DNA of 64,000 bases, taken from NCBI GenBank assembly GCA_944372355.1, contig CALVYS010000003.1:28-64027 (forward strand). The letters are read 5' to 3'. The stretch comes from an uncultured Clostridia bacterium (lineage in GTDB: Bacteria > Bacillota > Clostridia > Christensenellales > UBA1242). This document shows positions 47,920 through 55,734 of the stretch, one piece after another. The position numbers and the translations under genes were made by a program. Every line of letters begins with the position of its first letter. Within the stretch, counting starts at the first letter, position 1. Below the pieces are notes generated by a model. That model was not told the DNA's origin. It worked only from the letters and a program-made list of their open reading frames with translations, and did no database searches.

Positions 47920-48915
47920 GTGCGCTACAAATATGCGATTGAGCTTGGCGGAGCTTACACCAACATATTCGTCAGAGGCCAAGGCTTTGTTTTGAAGGAG
48001 CCAACTTTGCTTGCTGTGGAAAACAGTTTGGAAGGCTACAAGGTCAAGGCAGTGGGTGAGCAGGCCAAACAGCTGCTTTGGAAAACCACTGATGATGTTG
48101 AAGTTTTCAATCCTATGGCGGGCGGAGTCATTGAAAATTTTGAATATGCAGAGATCATGCTTTCAACCTTTTTGAAGAAGATTTCTTTCAGAAAGGGCGC
48201 AAATGTTGTTTGTTTGATCCCTTGTGGATTGAATGAAGAGGACAAGCAGGTTTACTATTCACTTTTCGAAAAACTCGGCTTTAATGAGGTTCTGTTGTTG
48301 CCATCGGTGATCTGCTCGCTTATCGGCCACGGAGTCAACGTGGCATCACCAAAGGCCAGCATGATTGTCGACATTGGAGGCACCACAACTGACATAGCCG
48401 TTGTCAATTTGGGCTCAATTTTGAAAGGCGCAACTCTTGGCATCGGAGGAAAGGCCATCGACATTGCCATCGCAAATTCACTTGCACTTGGCAAGGACGG
48501 CATACTGATTGGGCTTCCAACGGCAGAAAAAGTCAAAAATGAAATCGGCAGCCTTTATAAAAACGACACTTTGAATATGGAAGTTATGGGACTGGACATA
48601 GAAGCAAATGTGCCAAAATCCAGAATCATATCTTGCCGTGAAATTCGCAGAGTGATCGAGGCCTATTTGGAAGAGGTTGTGCGCACTGTGAATGTGACAA
48701 TAAACACGCTTCCGCCAGAGATCTCCACGGACATAATCAAAAACGGAGTGCTGTTCACTGGTGGGGTCAGCCAACTTGCAGGCTTTGACGACTTTTTGAA
48801 ACGCAATCTTTCTTACAATTTCAACATCTCAGACGATCCTGAAAATTTGTCGATTCTTGGCGCAGGCAAGCTGATAAGCGATGATGCTCTTTTAAAAATA
48901 GTTGCCGGTCAATAA
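47920..48915 (+). CDS. Divergent MreB-like actin homologue
   Basis: Aligns by eye with MreB along its full length (KEPTLLAV, PMAGGVIENFE, VDIGGTTTDIAVV, FTGGVSQLAGF). Phosphate-1 reads IELGGAYTN. GTG start after AGGAGG. Confidence 0.8.
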   Translation: MRYKYAIELGGAYTNIFVRGQGFVLKEPTLLAVENSLEGYKVKAVGEQAKQLLWKTTDDVEVFNPMAGGVIENFEYAEIMLSTFLKKISFRKGANVVCLIPCGLNEEDKQVYYSLFEKLGFNEVLLLPSVICSLIGHGVNVASPKASMIVDIGGTTTDIAVVNLGSILKGATLGIGGKAIDIAIANSLALGKDGILIGLPTAEKVKNEIGSLYKNDTLNMEVMGLDIEANVPKSRIISCREIRRVIEAYLEEVVRTVNVTINTLPPEISTDIIKNGVLFTGGVSQLAGFDDFLKRNLSYNFNISDDPENLSILGAGKLISDDALLKIVAGQ

Positions 48916-48942
48916 TCAAAAATTGTTTTGCTTTAACTCGAC

Positions 48943-48987
48943 AAGAAAGAATGATTTTTCAACAAAATTATTCTTTCTTTTTTTTAT
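48943..48987 (+). terminator. Rho-independent terminator
   Basis: AAGAAAGAAT...ATTCTTTCTT 10-bp stem followed by a T-run. Confidence 0.7.
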
Positions 48988-49028
48988 GCGCGTTTGCTAA
49001 AATGCTTCTATCGTTAAGAGGAGGTTTA

Positions 49029-49820
49029 ATGGCAAGAAAAATCGTCTTAACAAGTGGCAAGGGAGGTGTTGGCAAAACCACCATATGTGCAAATCTTGGG
49101 GTTCAACTTGCAAGCCTGGGTTTCAGAACAGTGCTTGTCGATGTTGACATGGGCCTTAACAATCTTGATGTTGTTATGGGCCTTGAAAACCAAGTGGTGT
49201 TTGACATAACCGATGTCATTATGGGCAAGTGCCGGGCAAAACAAGCCTTGATTGAAGATGCCAAATTCCAAAATCTATTTTTGTTGCCTTCTTCGCATTA
49301 CAGTGGCAGAACCAAAATTTTAGGAGAGCACATCAGAAGCGTCTTAAACATGCTGGATTCATCCTTTGATTATATATTGATCGATTGTCCAGCAGGGGTG
49401 GACGCAGGCTTTCATCGTGCGGTTTTTTCTGCAAATGAGGCCATAATCGTGGTCACTCCTCATCTTTCAAGTTTGCGTGATGCCAACAAAGTGATTGGCC
49501 TGCTCAACGAATATGATCTCACAAGCAAGGGGCTTGTCATCAACAGAATGCGTGGAGATCTGCTGGCAAGTGGCGAGATGCTCAGGGTGGAAGATGTTGT
49601 CAGGGCAATGCACCTGCCGCTTTATGGTGTGATTCCAGAAGACGATGCGATTTCAAGCGCGTGTTCAATCGGCGGTTACTTAAATTCGGTGGATTCGGCG
49701 CGTGCGTTCACGCTGCTTTGCGAAAATATCCACACTGGCACTAAAAAGATTTATGACTGTGAGATGAAGTATCGTGGATTTATGGGGTATCTGCGCAGAA
49801 ATTTAAAAAAGAAGGTGTGA
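49029..49820 (+). CDS. minD: Septum site-determining ATPase MinD
   Basis: ATG 49029 follows AGAGGAGG. Deviant Walker A SGKGGVGKTT. The C-terminal amphipathic end reads GFMGYLRRNLKKK. Confidence 0.9.
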   Translation: MARKIVLTSGKGGVGKTTICANLGVQLASLGFRTVLVDVDMGLNNLDVVMGLENQVVFDITDVIMGKCRAKQALIEDAKFQNLFLLPSSHYSGRTKILGEHIRSVLNMLDSSFDYILIDCPAGVDAGFHRAVFSANEAIIVVTPHLSSLRDANKVIGLLNEYDLTSKGLVINRMRGDLLASGEMLRVEDVVRAMHLPLYGVIPEDDAISSACSIGGYLNSVDSARAFTLLCENIHTGTKKIYDCEMKYRGFMGYLRRNLKKKV

Positions 49821-49821
49821 T

Positions 49822-50034
49822 ATGAGCAGATTGGAAACACTTTTGCAAGTGGACAAAAACTATGTCCCAGAAGAGGTCGTTTTGCTTTTAAAAAGCGAAT
49901 TAAAAAAACTTCTTAAAGAGTTTGTTTGTTTGAAATCAGATGTCAAAGTCAGGTTTGTTTCTCATGACGGGATCAAGTTTTTCATCGAATTTGAAGCTGA
50001 AAGGATTCGATCTCTTGGCTATTTAAAGGGGTGA
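49822..50034 (+). CDS. minE: MinE-like topological specificity factor (short, 70 aa)
   Basis: Lies immediately after minD. SRLETLLQVDK resembles the ERLKLILIHDR contact helix, and EVVLLLKSELKKLLKEFVCLKSDVKVRF resembles the MinE C-terminal domain. There is no N-terminal amphipathic segment. Confidence 0.6.
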   Translation: MSRLETLLQVDKNYVPEEVVLLLKSELKKLLKEFVCLKSDVKVRFVSHDGIKFFIEFEAERIRSLGYLKG

Positions 50035-50118
50035 CGGAAGCAAATTTTGCAACGCAAAATTTCAAATTTGCTCACGCAAATTTTGTGTGCACAGGTTTGT
50101 GCGCGCAGCTTCCGTCAC
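50031..50118. other. 88-nt perfectly nested four-way-junction (cloverleaf-like) element
   Basis: An outer 11-bp stem (50031-50041 pairing with 50108-50118) encloses three abutting hairpins (50042-50062, 50064-50083, 50084-50107). Confidence 0.6.
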
Positions 50119-50142
50119 AGTGAAAATAAAAGAAAAACAACA

Positions 50143-50170
50143 AAAAAATGCGCAATTTTTGCGCATTTTT
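50143..50170. terminator. Bidirectional terminator
   Basis: aaaaaaATGCGC-aattttt-GCGCATtttt between convergent minE-like and degV. Confidence 0.8.
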
Positions 50171-50186
50171 CTTTAAATTATCAAAA

Positions 50187-51020
50187 TTAAACGAAGTAAA
50201 CGATGCCATAGCATTTTGGTCCAACGTGCGAGCCAACCACGCAACCGATGTCACAGATCACTTGCCCCTCAGGGGAAATGTCCAACATGGAAGCGTATTT
50301 TTGAAGCAGTTTGTCAATCATCTCAGGGCAGTCTGAGTGGCCAAAGTAAAGCGGAATGGTTTTGTCTCTTGTTCGAGCTTTTGTCACCATATACATGAAA
50401 GCTTTTGCTTCGCCCATAACCTTGGCCTCGTTTGTCACCTTGCCGCCAGTCAAGGAGATGATAGGCTTGACGTTAAGCATAGAGCCCATAACTGCACTTG
50501 CGGCCGAGAGCCTTCCGCTGGCTTTAAGATATTTCAAATCATTAATCACGGCAACCAGCCTAACTTTGCTGATAAGCTCATCAAGCTTTTTGATGACGTG
50601 TTCAAGATCGTCATCTTTTTCAATAAATTTGGCAAGTTCAATCAAAATTGCACCTTGTGCCCAAGTGGTGACGGTGGATTGACGATAGGTGACATTTTGC
50701 ATTTTAAGCGCTTGCACTGCGCCTTCCACCTGATGAATGGTTGCTGTCATTTCAGACGAGATTGTCAAAACGATGACGTGTGTGTCAGGTTTGTTTACAT
50801 ATGGAGTCATGATTTCTTCAAACAAAAACTGATTTGGCATACTTGTCTTTGGAATCATGCCGGTTTCGTAAATCTTTTTGTAAAATTCTTCATTTGAAAG
50901 GCCTTGTGGATAGATCTCTTCGCCAAAACGCACTTCAATAGGCACCAGTGTGATGTCATATTTTTCTGCAAGCTCCTTAGGCAAATCGCAAGAAGCGTCA
51001 GCAATAAGTTTGTATTTCAT
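50187..51020 (-). CDS. DegV-family fatty-acid-binding protein
   Basis: MKYKLIADASCDLP...; ATG 51020 follows AGGAG; 277 aa. Confidence 0.9.
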   Translation of the reverse strand: MKYKLIADASCDLPKELAEKYDITLVPIEVRFGEEIYPQGLSNEEFYKKIYETGMIPKTSMPNQFLFEEIMTPYVNKPDTHVIVLTISSEMTATIHQVEGAVQALKMQNVTYRQSTVTTWAQGAILIELAKFIEKDDDLEHVIKKLDELISKVRLVAVINDLKYLKASGRLSAASAVMGSMLNVKPIISLTGGKVTNEAKVMGEAKAFMYMVTKARTRDKTIPLYFGHSDCPEMIDKLLQKYASMLDISPEGQVICDIGCVVGSHVGPKCYGIVYFV

Positions 51021-51180
51021 AACAGCTCCTCTAAAAGTATTATACGAGTTTATTATATCAAAAATTTCTTCCACTACAAAGCATTTCTAGTCTTTTTTCT
51101 CAACACCTTCGCCATTTTCAGAAGTGGAGGCAAGTTTTTCTGCTTTTTTCTTTTTTCTTTCGTCGTGATATGCGAAAGCC

Positions 51181-52236
51181 ATGTTGATAAGCTCGAAACA
51201 GTCGCGGAAAAGAATGATTGTGCAAGGCAAAACGATCAGTGGGCTCAACTTCAACTCCACATCATCTTCTGCAATTGCAATTTTCAACTACACCTCTGGT
51301 GCAACAATTAAAAACTTGAATTTGAGTGGCGTAAGCATCACAACCTCTTCACAAGTTCCAGTTGGCGCTTTGGTTGGGCAGGCAACAAACACCATTTTTG
51401 AAGACATCACGGTTTCACAAGCCTCCATATCTTCCGCAGGAGCTGCGGGAGCACTCGTCGGCAGCATGAGCGGTGGCGAGGCACACAATGTGAGCATCTC
51501 ATCAAGCAACATCACTTCTCAAACAGCAGCTGGTGGTGTGGCTGGCACAATGAACGGAGCAGAGCTTTCACAAATCACCTCAATAGGCAGCAGTTTCACC
51601 TCTTCAAGCGGCGATGCTGGTGCGATCGTGGGCTCGGCAACAGGTGGCAGCATTCGCGTTTCCAGCGCTTCAAATGCAACGCTTTCGGCAGCAAATGCCG
51701 GCGGCATAGTGGGCAGTGGATCAGGGGTGCAGATCACAACTGTGCAAGCCTCGGCATTGACATCACAAAACAGCACTTATTTCGGAATGATTGCGGGCAG
51801 CATTTCAAATGGTTCGATTTTGACTGGCGCAAACATAAGTTTGACAAACGCCATCTCAGCTTCGCAAGCGGCAGGTGCGGTTGTCGGCAGAGGCGAGGCG
51901 TCAACGATAACTTTGACAAACGTCAACTCTTATTGGACGGCTTCATCTGGAACCATTTCTGCAATCAATGTGGGTGGTTTGATAGGTGAGGCGACAAACA
52001 TGACAAGCATCACAGACAATCGAATAAGCGGCCTTGTGCTTTCACCAACTTCTGCATCAGGAAGCGTAGGCCAAATTTATGGCACACTTTCGGGAAGCTC
52101 GGGAGCAAGCAGCAATCTCTATCGCGAAATCACAGTTTCAAATGATGTTGGTGCAACTTACATAAACATGGGTGGCACGCAGGTGACTGAAACCACGGAC
52201 ACCGCAACAGTGACAATAACTTGGACACTGGTTTAA
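51181..52236 (+). CDS. GLUG-motif beta-helix repeat protein without signal peptide (possibly 5'-truncated)
   Basis: About 11 repeats of roughly 25 aa carrying G-G/A-[LIV]-[VI]-G (VGALVGQ, AGALVGS, AGGVAGT, AGAIVGS, AGGIVGS, VGGLIGE). The N-terminus begins mid-repeat (..GKTISGLNF). RBS is weak. Confidence 0.6.
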   Translation: MLISSKQSRKRMIVQGKTISGLNFNSTSSSAIAIFNYTSGATIKNLNLSGVSITTSSQVPVGALVGQATNTIFEDITVSQASISSAGAAGALVGSMSGGEAHNVSISSSNITSQTAAGGVAGTMNGAELSQITSIGSSFTSSSGDAGAIVGSATGGSIRVSSASNATLSAANAGGIVGSGSGVQITTVQASALTSQNSTYFGMIAGSISNGSILTGANISLTNAISASQAAGAVVGRGEASTITLTNVNSYWTASSGTISAINVGGLIGEATNMTSITDNRISGLVLSPTSASGSVGQIYGTLSGSSGASSNLYREITVSNDVGATYINMGGTQVTETTDTATVTITWTLV

Positions 52237-52249
52237 AAGGAGAAAAAGC

Positions 52250-53545
52250 ATGAGCAAAACAAGAAGTTTGGCAATCATAATCACAGCATCAGTGCTTGCG
52301 GCAGTGATGGGCGTTTTGCTCGGCTTTTCTTGGCTGTGGTTTGATGCCGAAGGCGCAGAGCGGGCGGTTTACACTCGCGAGCAAATGACGATTCCATATT
52401 GGTTCAACACAAATGGTGATGAAACGATTGTTTACAACGAAATTGTCACACCGATCAGATATGGCAGCAGTGCGAACGCGGTTGGCTATTTGACCTACAC
52501 TCCAACCGAAATAATCTCAGTCCAAAATTATGCCATGGACACCGAATATTCCTCTTCAAGTTACACGATTTCTGGAAATCAAATTTCTTTTCCTTACAAC
52601 AACGGCATGCCATATATGCAGGAAGAGTGGCTTGATGGCTTGAACATTCCATCACAATATCAAGATGGTTCCATTGTCAACGCTTCTTACAACGATGGGG
52701 GCGGAACAAATGGCGGAGCACATGTGGTTGCAGAAAATGCTTTGACCAGAACAAATTTCATCGTTGTGACATATAGTTATAACCACACGCAGCAAGATCT
52801 TGGCTTTTCAACGCCAGAATATCAGCCTGAGAATTACTCCAATCTGCTTGCAAAACTTACGGCAGGCGAACCTGTAAAGATTTTGGTGTTTGGCGATTCC
52901 ATCAGTGTTGGAGCAAGCGCCTCTTCAATGATGGGTTTTGCGCCTTACACTCCAACCTATTTTGATCAGATCAAAAACGACCTTGTGGCAAGGTATTATG
53001 GTGGAGATGCTTCCAAAGTCACAATTGTCAACGCCAGCCAAGGCGGCGAGGCGAGTTCGTGGGGTGTGAAACAACTGATGCAGTCGGCCTTTGACAAAAC
53101 CGGCTACGACCTTGTTATTGTTGGTTTTGGAATGAACGATGGCTCGCTTAATCTGACTTCAAATGTGAAAATATTCAAGTCAAACATCGCTCAGATTGTC
53201 AACGAGCTGAGAATTTATTCACCAGAAGCGGATTTTGTTTTGCTTGGCACATTCACGCCGAATCCAAAATCCATCTTTGCTGGCAATCATGAAGATCAGA
53301 TGGCCGAGCTTGAAGATCTTGCAAACAAGCTCAACATCTCAACAGGATCGCACAAGTCGGGTTGCACTTTTGTTAATATGTGGGAGATTTCAACGGGCAT
53401 ACTTGCAAAAAAGCAAGCAAACAACAATGTCGGCGACACGCGTTATCAATATATGGACATCTCTGCAAACTACACAAACCACCCAAATGATTTTATGGTG
53501 CGTTTGTATGCGGGTTCGATTCTTTCAACGTTTGTAGATTTTTAG
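52250..53545 (+). CDS. Membrane-anchored SGNH/GDSL-family hydrolase
   Basis: N-terminal TM, about 190 aa of unknown domain, then VFGDSIS (block I), SQGGE (block II), GFGMNDG (block III) and NHPND (block V-like). Confidence 0.75.
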   Translation: MSKTRSLAIIITASVLAAVMGVLLGFSWLWFDAEGAERAVYTREQMTIPYWFNTNGDETIVYNEIVTPIRYGSSANAVGYLTYTPTEIISVQNYAMDTEYSSSSYTISGNQISFPYNNGMPYMQEEWLDGLNIPSQYQDGSIVNASYNDGGGTNGGAHVVAENALTRTNFIVVTYSYNHTQQDLGFSTPEYQPENYSNLLAKLTAGEPVKILVFGDSISVGASASSMMGFAPYTPTYFDQIKNDLVARYYGGDASKVTIVNASQGGEASSWGVKQLMQSAFDKTGYDLVIVGFGMNDGSLNLTSNVKIFKSNIAQIVNELRIYSPEADFVLLGTFTPNPKSIFAGNHEDQMAELEDLANKLNISTGSHKSGCTFVNMWEISTGILAKKQANNNVGDTRYQYMDISANYTNHPNDFMVRLYAGSILSTFVDF

Positions 53546-53554
53546 GAGGTTAAT

Positions 53555-54250
53555 TTGAACAACAATTTCCGCAAACTTGATCGCCAGGCAAAAATCTTTT
53601 CCCGATCGCTTGGCAATGCGCAGTTGAAAGCAAAATGGGAGCAGGAATACTTGTCTCAGCGCGACAACCTTTATGCCGGCACGCTGGAAATGGCAGTGAA
53701 GTTTTTAAACGACCTTCGGTCTGCAAAAGTGGGAAATTTTTATCAAGAAGGCAGGATTTTAAATGACAGAAAATTGATGCTCAAACATTCTCTGTTTGTT
53801 GTGGAAGATTTTTTAACGGAAGGAGAAAAAAACAAACTTTCACTGATTAAAACCGATTTTGATTTGCAGATAAGAAATTTCCACCAACAAGCAGAAAAGT
53901 TTGCCGGCCAAACCGATCTGTTTGAGGAGCTTTTGAGGATAAACAAGCGCAAAGGACAAAACATGATTTTGGTGACAGACGAGGGCAACGTTTACAAGGG
54001 CAGGGTGAACATTGAGCTTGATCGAAGTTTTAATCTGCATCACAAAGTCATGGCGGAAGGCTCGCATTTCGAACTTAAAAACATTTTGGCGATGGTTTTG
54101 GAACGTTCAGGCGAGCCGATATATTTCAATGAATTTTTGCTTTCAAGCGACGCAGACGAGGCTTACAAACAAAAGTTTGGCGAGTTTATCTCAACCGCCG
54201 CTTCCATCGAGCAGGCAGACACCGACAATTTTATATCGAATAAAAGATAA
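53555..54250 (+). CDS. Hypothetical cytoplasmic protein
   Basis: TTG start after AGGAGG; 231 aa; no motif recognised. Confidence 0.55.
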   Translation: MNNNFRKLDRQAKIFSRSLGNAQLKAKWEQEYLSQRDNLYAGTLEMAVKFLNDLRSAKVGNFYQEGRILNDRKLMLKHSLFVVEDFLTEGEKNKLSLIKTDFDLQIRNFHQQAEKFAGQTDLFEELLRINKRKGQNMILVTDEGNVYKGRVNIELDRSFNLHHKVMAEGSHFELKNILAMVLERSGEPIYFNEFLLSSDADEAYKQKFGEFISTAASIEQADTDNFISNKR

Positions 54251-54327
54251 AGAAAATTTAAGAAAGTTTTTAGTGATGTTTTAAATTTTAAATAATGAAT
54301 ATTATTATTAATTAAATTATATATAAC

Positions 54328-54368
54328 AAAAAACGAACCATGAAGTTTCGCAAGGTTCGTTTTTTTTG
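54328..54368 (+). terminator. Rho-independent terminator
   Basis: AACGAACC...GGTTCGTT followed by T8. Confidence 0.8.
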
Positions 54369-54508
54369 ATTTATGCAATTAAAAGCTGCGACCGATGCGT
54401 TTGGTCGCGAGAGGGTGATGATAATAAGTTTAAACCTTTCTTGGAACAATTTTCTTCGCATGAGAGTAAGCGCAAAATGCCTTAGCATTTTCGTCTGGCG
54501 CTTTGAAC

Positions 54509-54570
54509 AAAAAAAACGAGCTGATTTTAAGCTTTCGAATAGAAAGCGCTGCCTCAGCTCGATTTTTTTG
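54509..54570. terminator. Bidirectional Y-shaped terminator (ends the tRNA unit on the minus strand)
   Basis: CGAGCTGA...TCAGCTCG outer stem with an inner GCTTTC-gaata-GAAAGC hairpin, plus an A8 run upstream and T7 run downstream. Confidence 0.75.
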
Positions 54571-54571
54571 T

Positions 54572-54694
54572 TGGTGCCGCTGGTGGGAGTCGAACCCACA
54601 TGAAGTTGCCCTCAACGGATTTTGAGTCCGTCGCGTCTGCCACTGAAACCCCAAAAATATAACATTTTTGGGGACCCCGCCGCCACAGTGTCGG
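54572..54694 (-). pseudogene. Degenerate second tRNA-Leu copy: exact 71-nt 3' portion, hairpin insertion in the D-loop, mutated 5' acceptor strand
   Basis: 54572-54642 is identical to 54718-54788 (anticodon arm, variable arm, T-arm, 3' acceptor, CCA). The D-loop is interrupted by GGGGTCCCCAAAAATGTTATATTTTTGGGGTTTCAG. The 5' strand reads GACACTG rather than GCCGCTG, giving two mismatches. Confidence 0.6.
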
Positions 54695-54717
54695 AATGTC
54701 AGACTCAGTTTTTCGCT

Positions 54718-54803
54718 TGGTGCCGCTGGTGGGAGTCGAACCCACATGAAGTTGCCCTCAACGGATTTTGAGTCCGTCGCGTCTGCCATTCCGCCACAGC
54801 GGC
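54718..54803 (-). tRNA. tRNA-Leu (anticodon CAA), class II with long variable arm, encoded CCA
   Basis: Hand-folded as GCCGCTG/CAGCGGC acceptor, ACGGA-CTCAAAA-TCCGT anticodon arm and GTGGG-TTCGACT-CCCAC T-arm; 86 nt. Confidence 0.9.
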
Positions 54804-54821
54804 ATTTTTCAATGCCTTATC

Positions 54822-54850
54822 ATTCTAGCATAACTATAAAAAATTTTCAA
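54822..54850 (-). promoter_or_regulatory. Sigma-A-type promoter of tRNA-Leu
   Basis: On the minus strand, TTGAAA (54850-54845), 17-nt spacer, TAGAAT (54827-54822), about 18 nt upstream of the tRNA 5' end. Confidence 0.65.
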
Positions 54851-55011
54851 CTTTTTTTTGCTAAAAATTTAAAATCATTTTATTTTCAAAATTACAGCCG
54901 TTTTTATATATTTTGCCGTCATAAAAGCGTCAGAAATTAGCCAATTTAGCGTCATTTTTCGACAATTTTGTAAAAAAATCGCAAAAACTAAAAAAATTTT
55001 GGCATTTAAAT

Positions 55012-55040
55012 TTGACTATTATTAATATGATTTTTATAAT
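55012..55040 (+). promoter_or_regulatory. Near-consensus sigma-A promoter with a ~170-nt leader before the regulator gene
   Basis: TTGACT (55012-55017), 17-nt spacer, TATAAT (55035-55040). Confidence 0.6.
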
Positions 55041-55218
55041 TTTTGGTGTATAAACGCAAGCGGCGACGGCCTTTTGCGCAGAGGCGATTGATTGCGGTTT
55101 GTGCTTTTACACTTCAATCAAAATTTTTAATGATAAGCAAATAAAAACTTAACAAAATTTGGCCTAATTTTAGGTTACAGCGTTTTTATTGCAAAAATAA
55201 TAATTAAAGGGGAAAAAA

Positions 55219-55734
55219 ATGCAAAATCATGTTTGGGGCAAAACTTTGCTTTCGGTTTATCGTTACTTGGAAAGGATAGCAGATGCTATTGACAACATAA
55301 TTGAAAAAAAAGCTGTGCAAACATCTTCCATGCTGGGAAGTGATGCTCTTTCACATAACACGCTTGCGCTTGCAAACAAAATCATCGATCTTTCAGAAAG
55401 AAAAGTAAAACTTATCAACATCAAATTGTTGACAGAACAGGCTTTGGCAGCGATGGATCCAAAAGGCGCCAAAATTTTGATTATGAAATATTTTGACAAT
55501 GCCTCTTGTGAAGAAATTTTGTCTGCGCTTTCTCTTTCAAGGAGAACATATTTCCGTAGAATAGGCGAAATGGAAGCGGCGTTTGAAGCAAGCTGTGCGA
55601 TGTTTGGCTTTCCAATGGAGAGGCTGGATTCCTATCTTGCAAATGAGGCCTGGATCATGAATGTCAAAGCCTCTTTTCAAAAAGGGGTGGAAAGCCCGTT
55701 GCAGCTGAGTCGAAGCGAGAGAATGTGTTTATAG
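55219..55734 (+). CDS. Sigma-70 region-4-like HTH protein / phage late-gene regulator-like
   Basis: 171 aa. ILIMKYFDNASCEEILSALSLSRRTYFRRIGEMEAAFEA matches the ...RTYFR...A...F HTH pattern of small phage-associated sigma-like regulators of Firmicutes. Family-level call only. Confidence 0.55.
   Translation: MQNHVWGKTLLSVYRYLERIADAIDNIIEKKAVQTSSMLGSDALSHNTLALANKIIDLSERKVKLINIKLLTEQALAAMDPKGAKILIMKYFDNASCEEILSALSLSRRTYFRRIGEMEAAFEASCAMFGFPMERLDSYLANEAWIMNVKASFQKGVESPLQLSRSERMCL

Noticed and set aside
51087-51287. 66-aa minus-strand ORF (or its 31-aa MAFAYHDERKKKK... version) between degV and the GLUG gene
   Set aside because: It has no RBS for either start, a lysine-run low-complexity translation, and it overlaps the 5' end of the GLUG ORF.
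54369-54508. ~140-nt non-coding stretch between two strong terminators, with internal hairpins (GCGACC...GGTCGC; AAAATGC-taag-GCATTTT), as a candidate small RNA
   Set aside because: There is no convincing promoter on either strand, and I recognise no resemblance to SRP RNA, 6S, tmRNA, RNase P or riboswitch cores. It is worth only an Rfam scan.
54572-54803. The 71-nt direct repeat as a CRISPR array, or as attL/attR bracketing the TerL island
   Set aside because: There are only two copies and both are tRNA-derived, so it is not CRISPR. Both copies lie on the same side of the TerL locus, only 75 nt apart, so they cannot delimit it. At most they record a collapsed or tandem event.
54312-54940. 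Several 60-119-aa ORFs on both strands across the tRNA-Leu region
   Set aside because: They overlap the tRNA, its degenerate copy and the terminators. The repeated VGVEPT/GSTPTSG peptides are just translated tRNA sequence.
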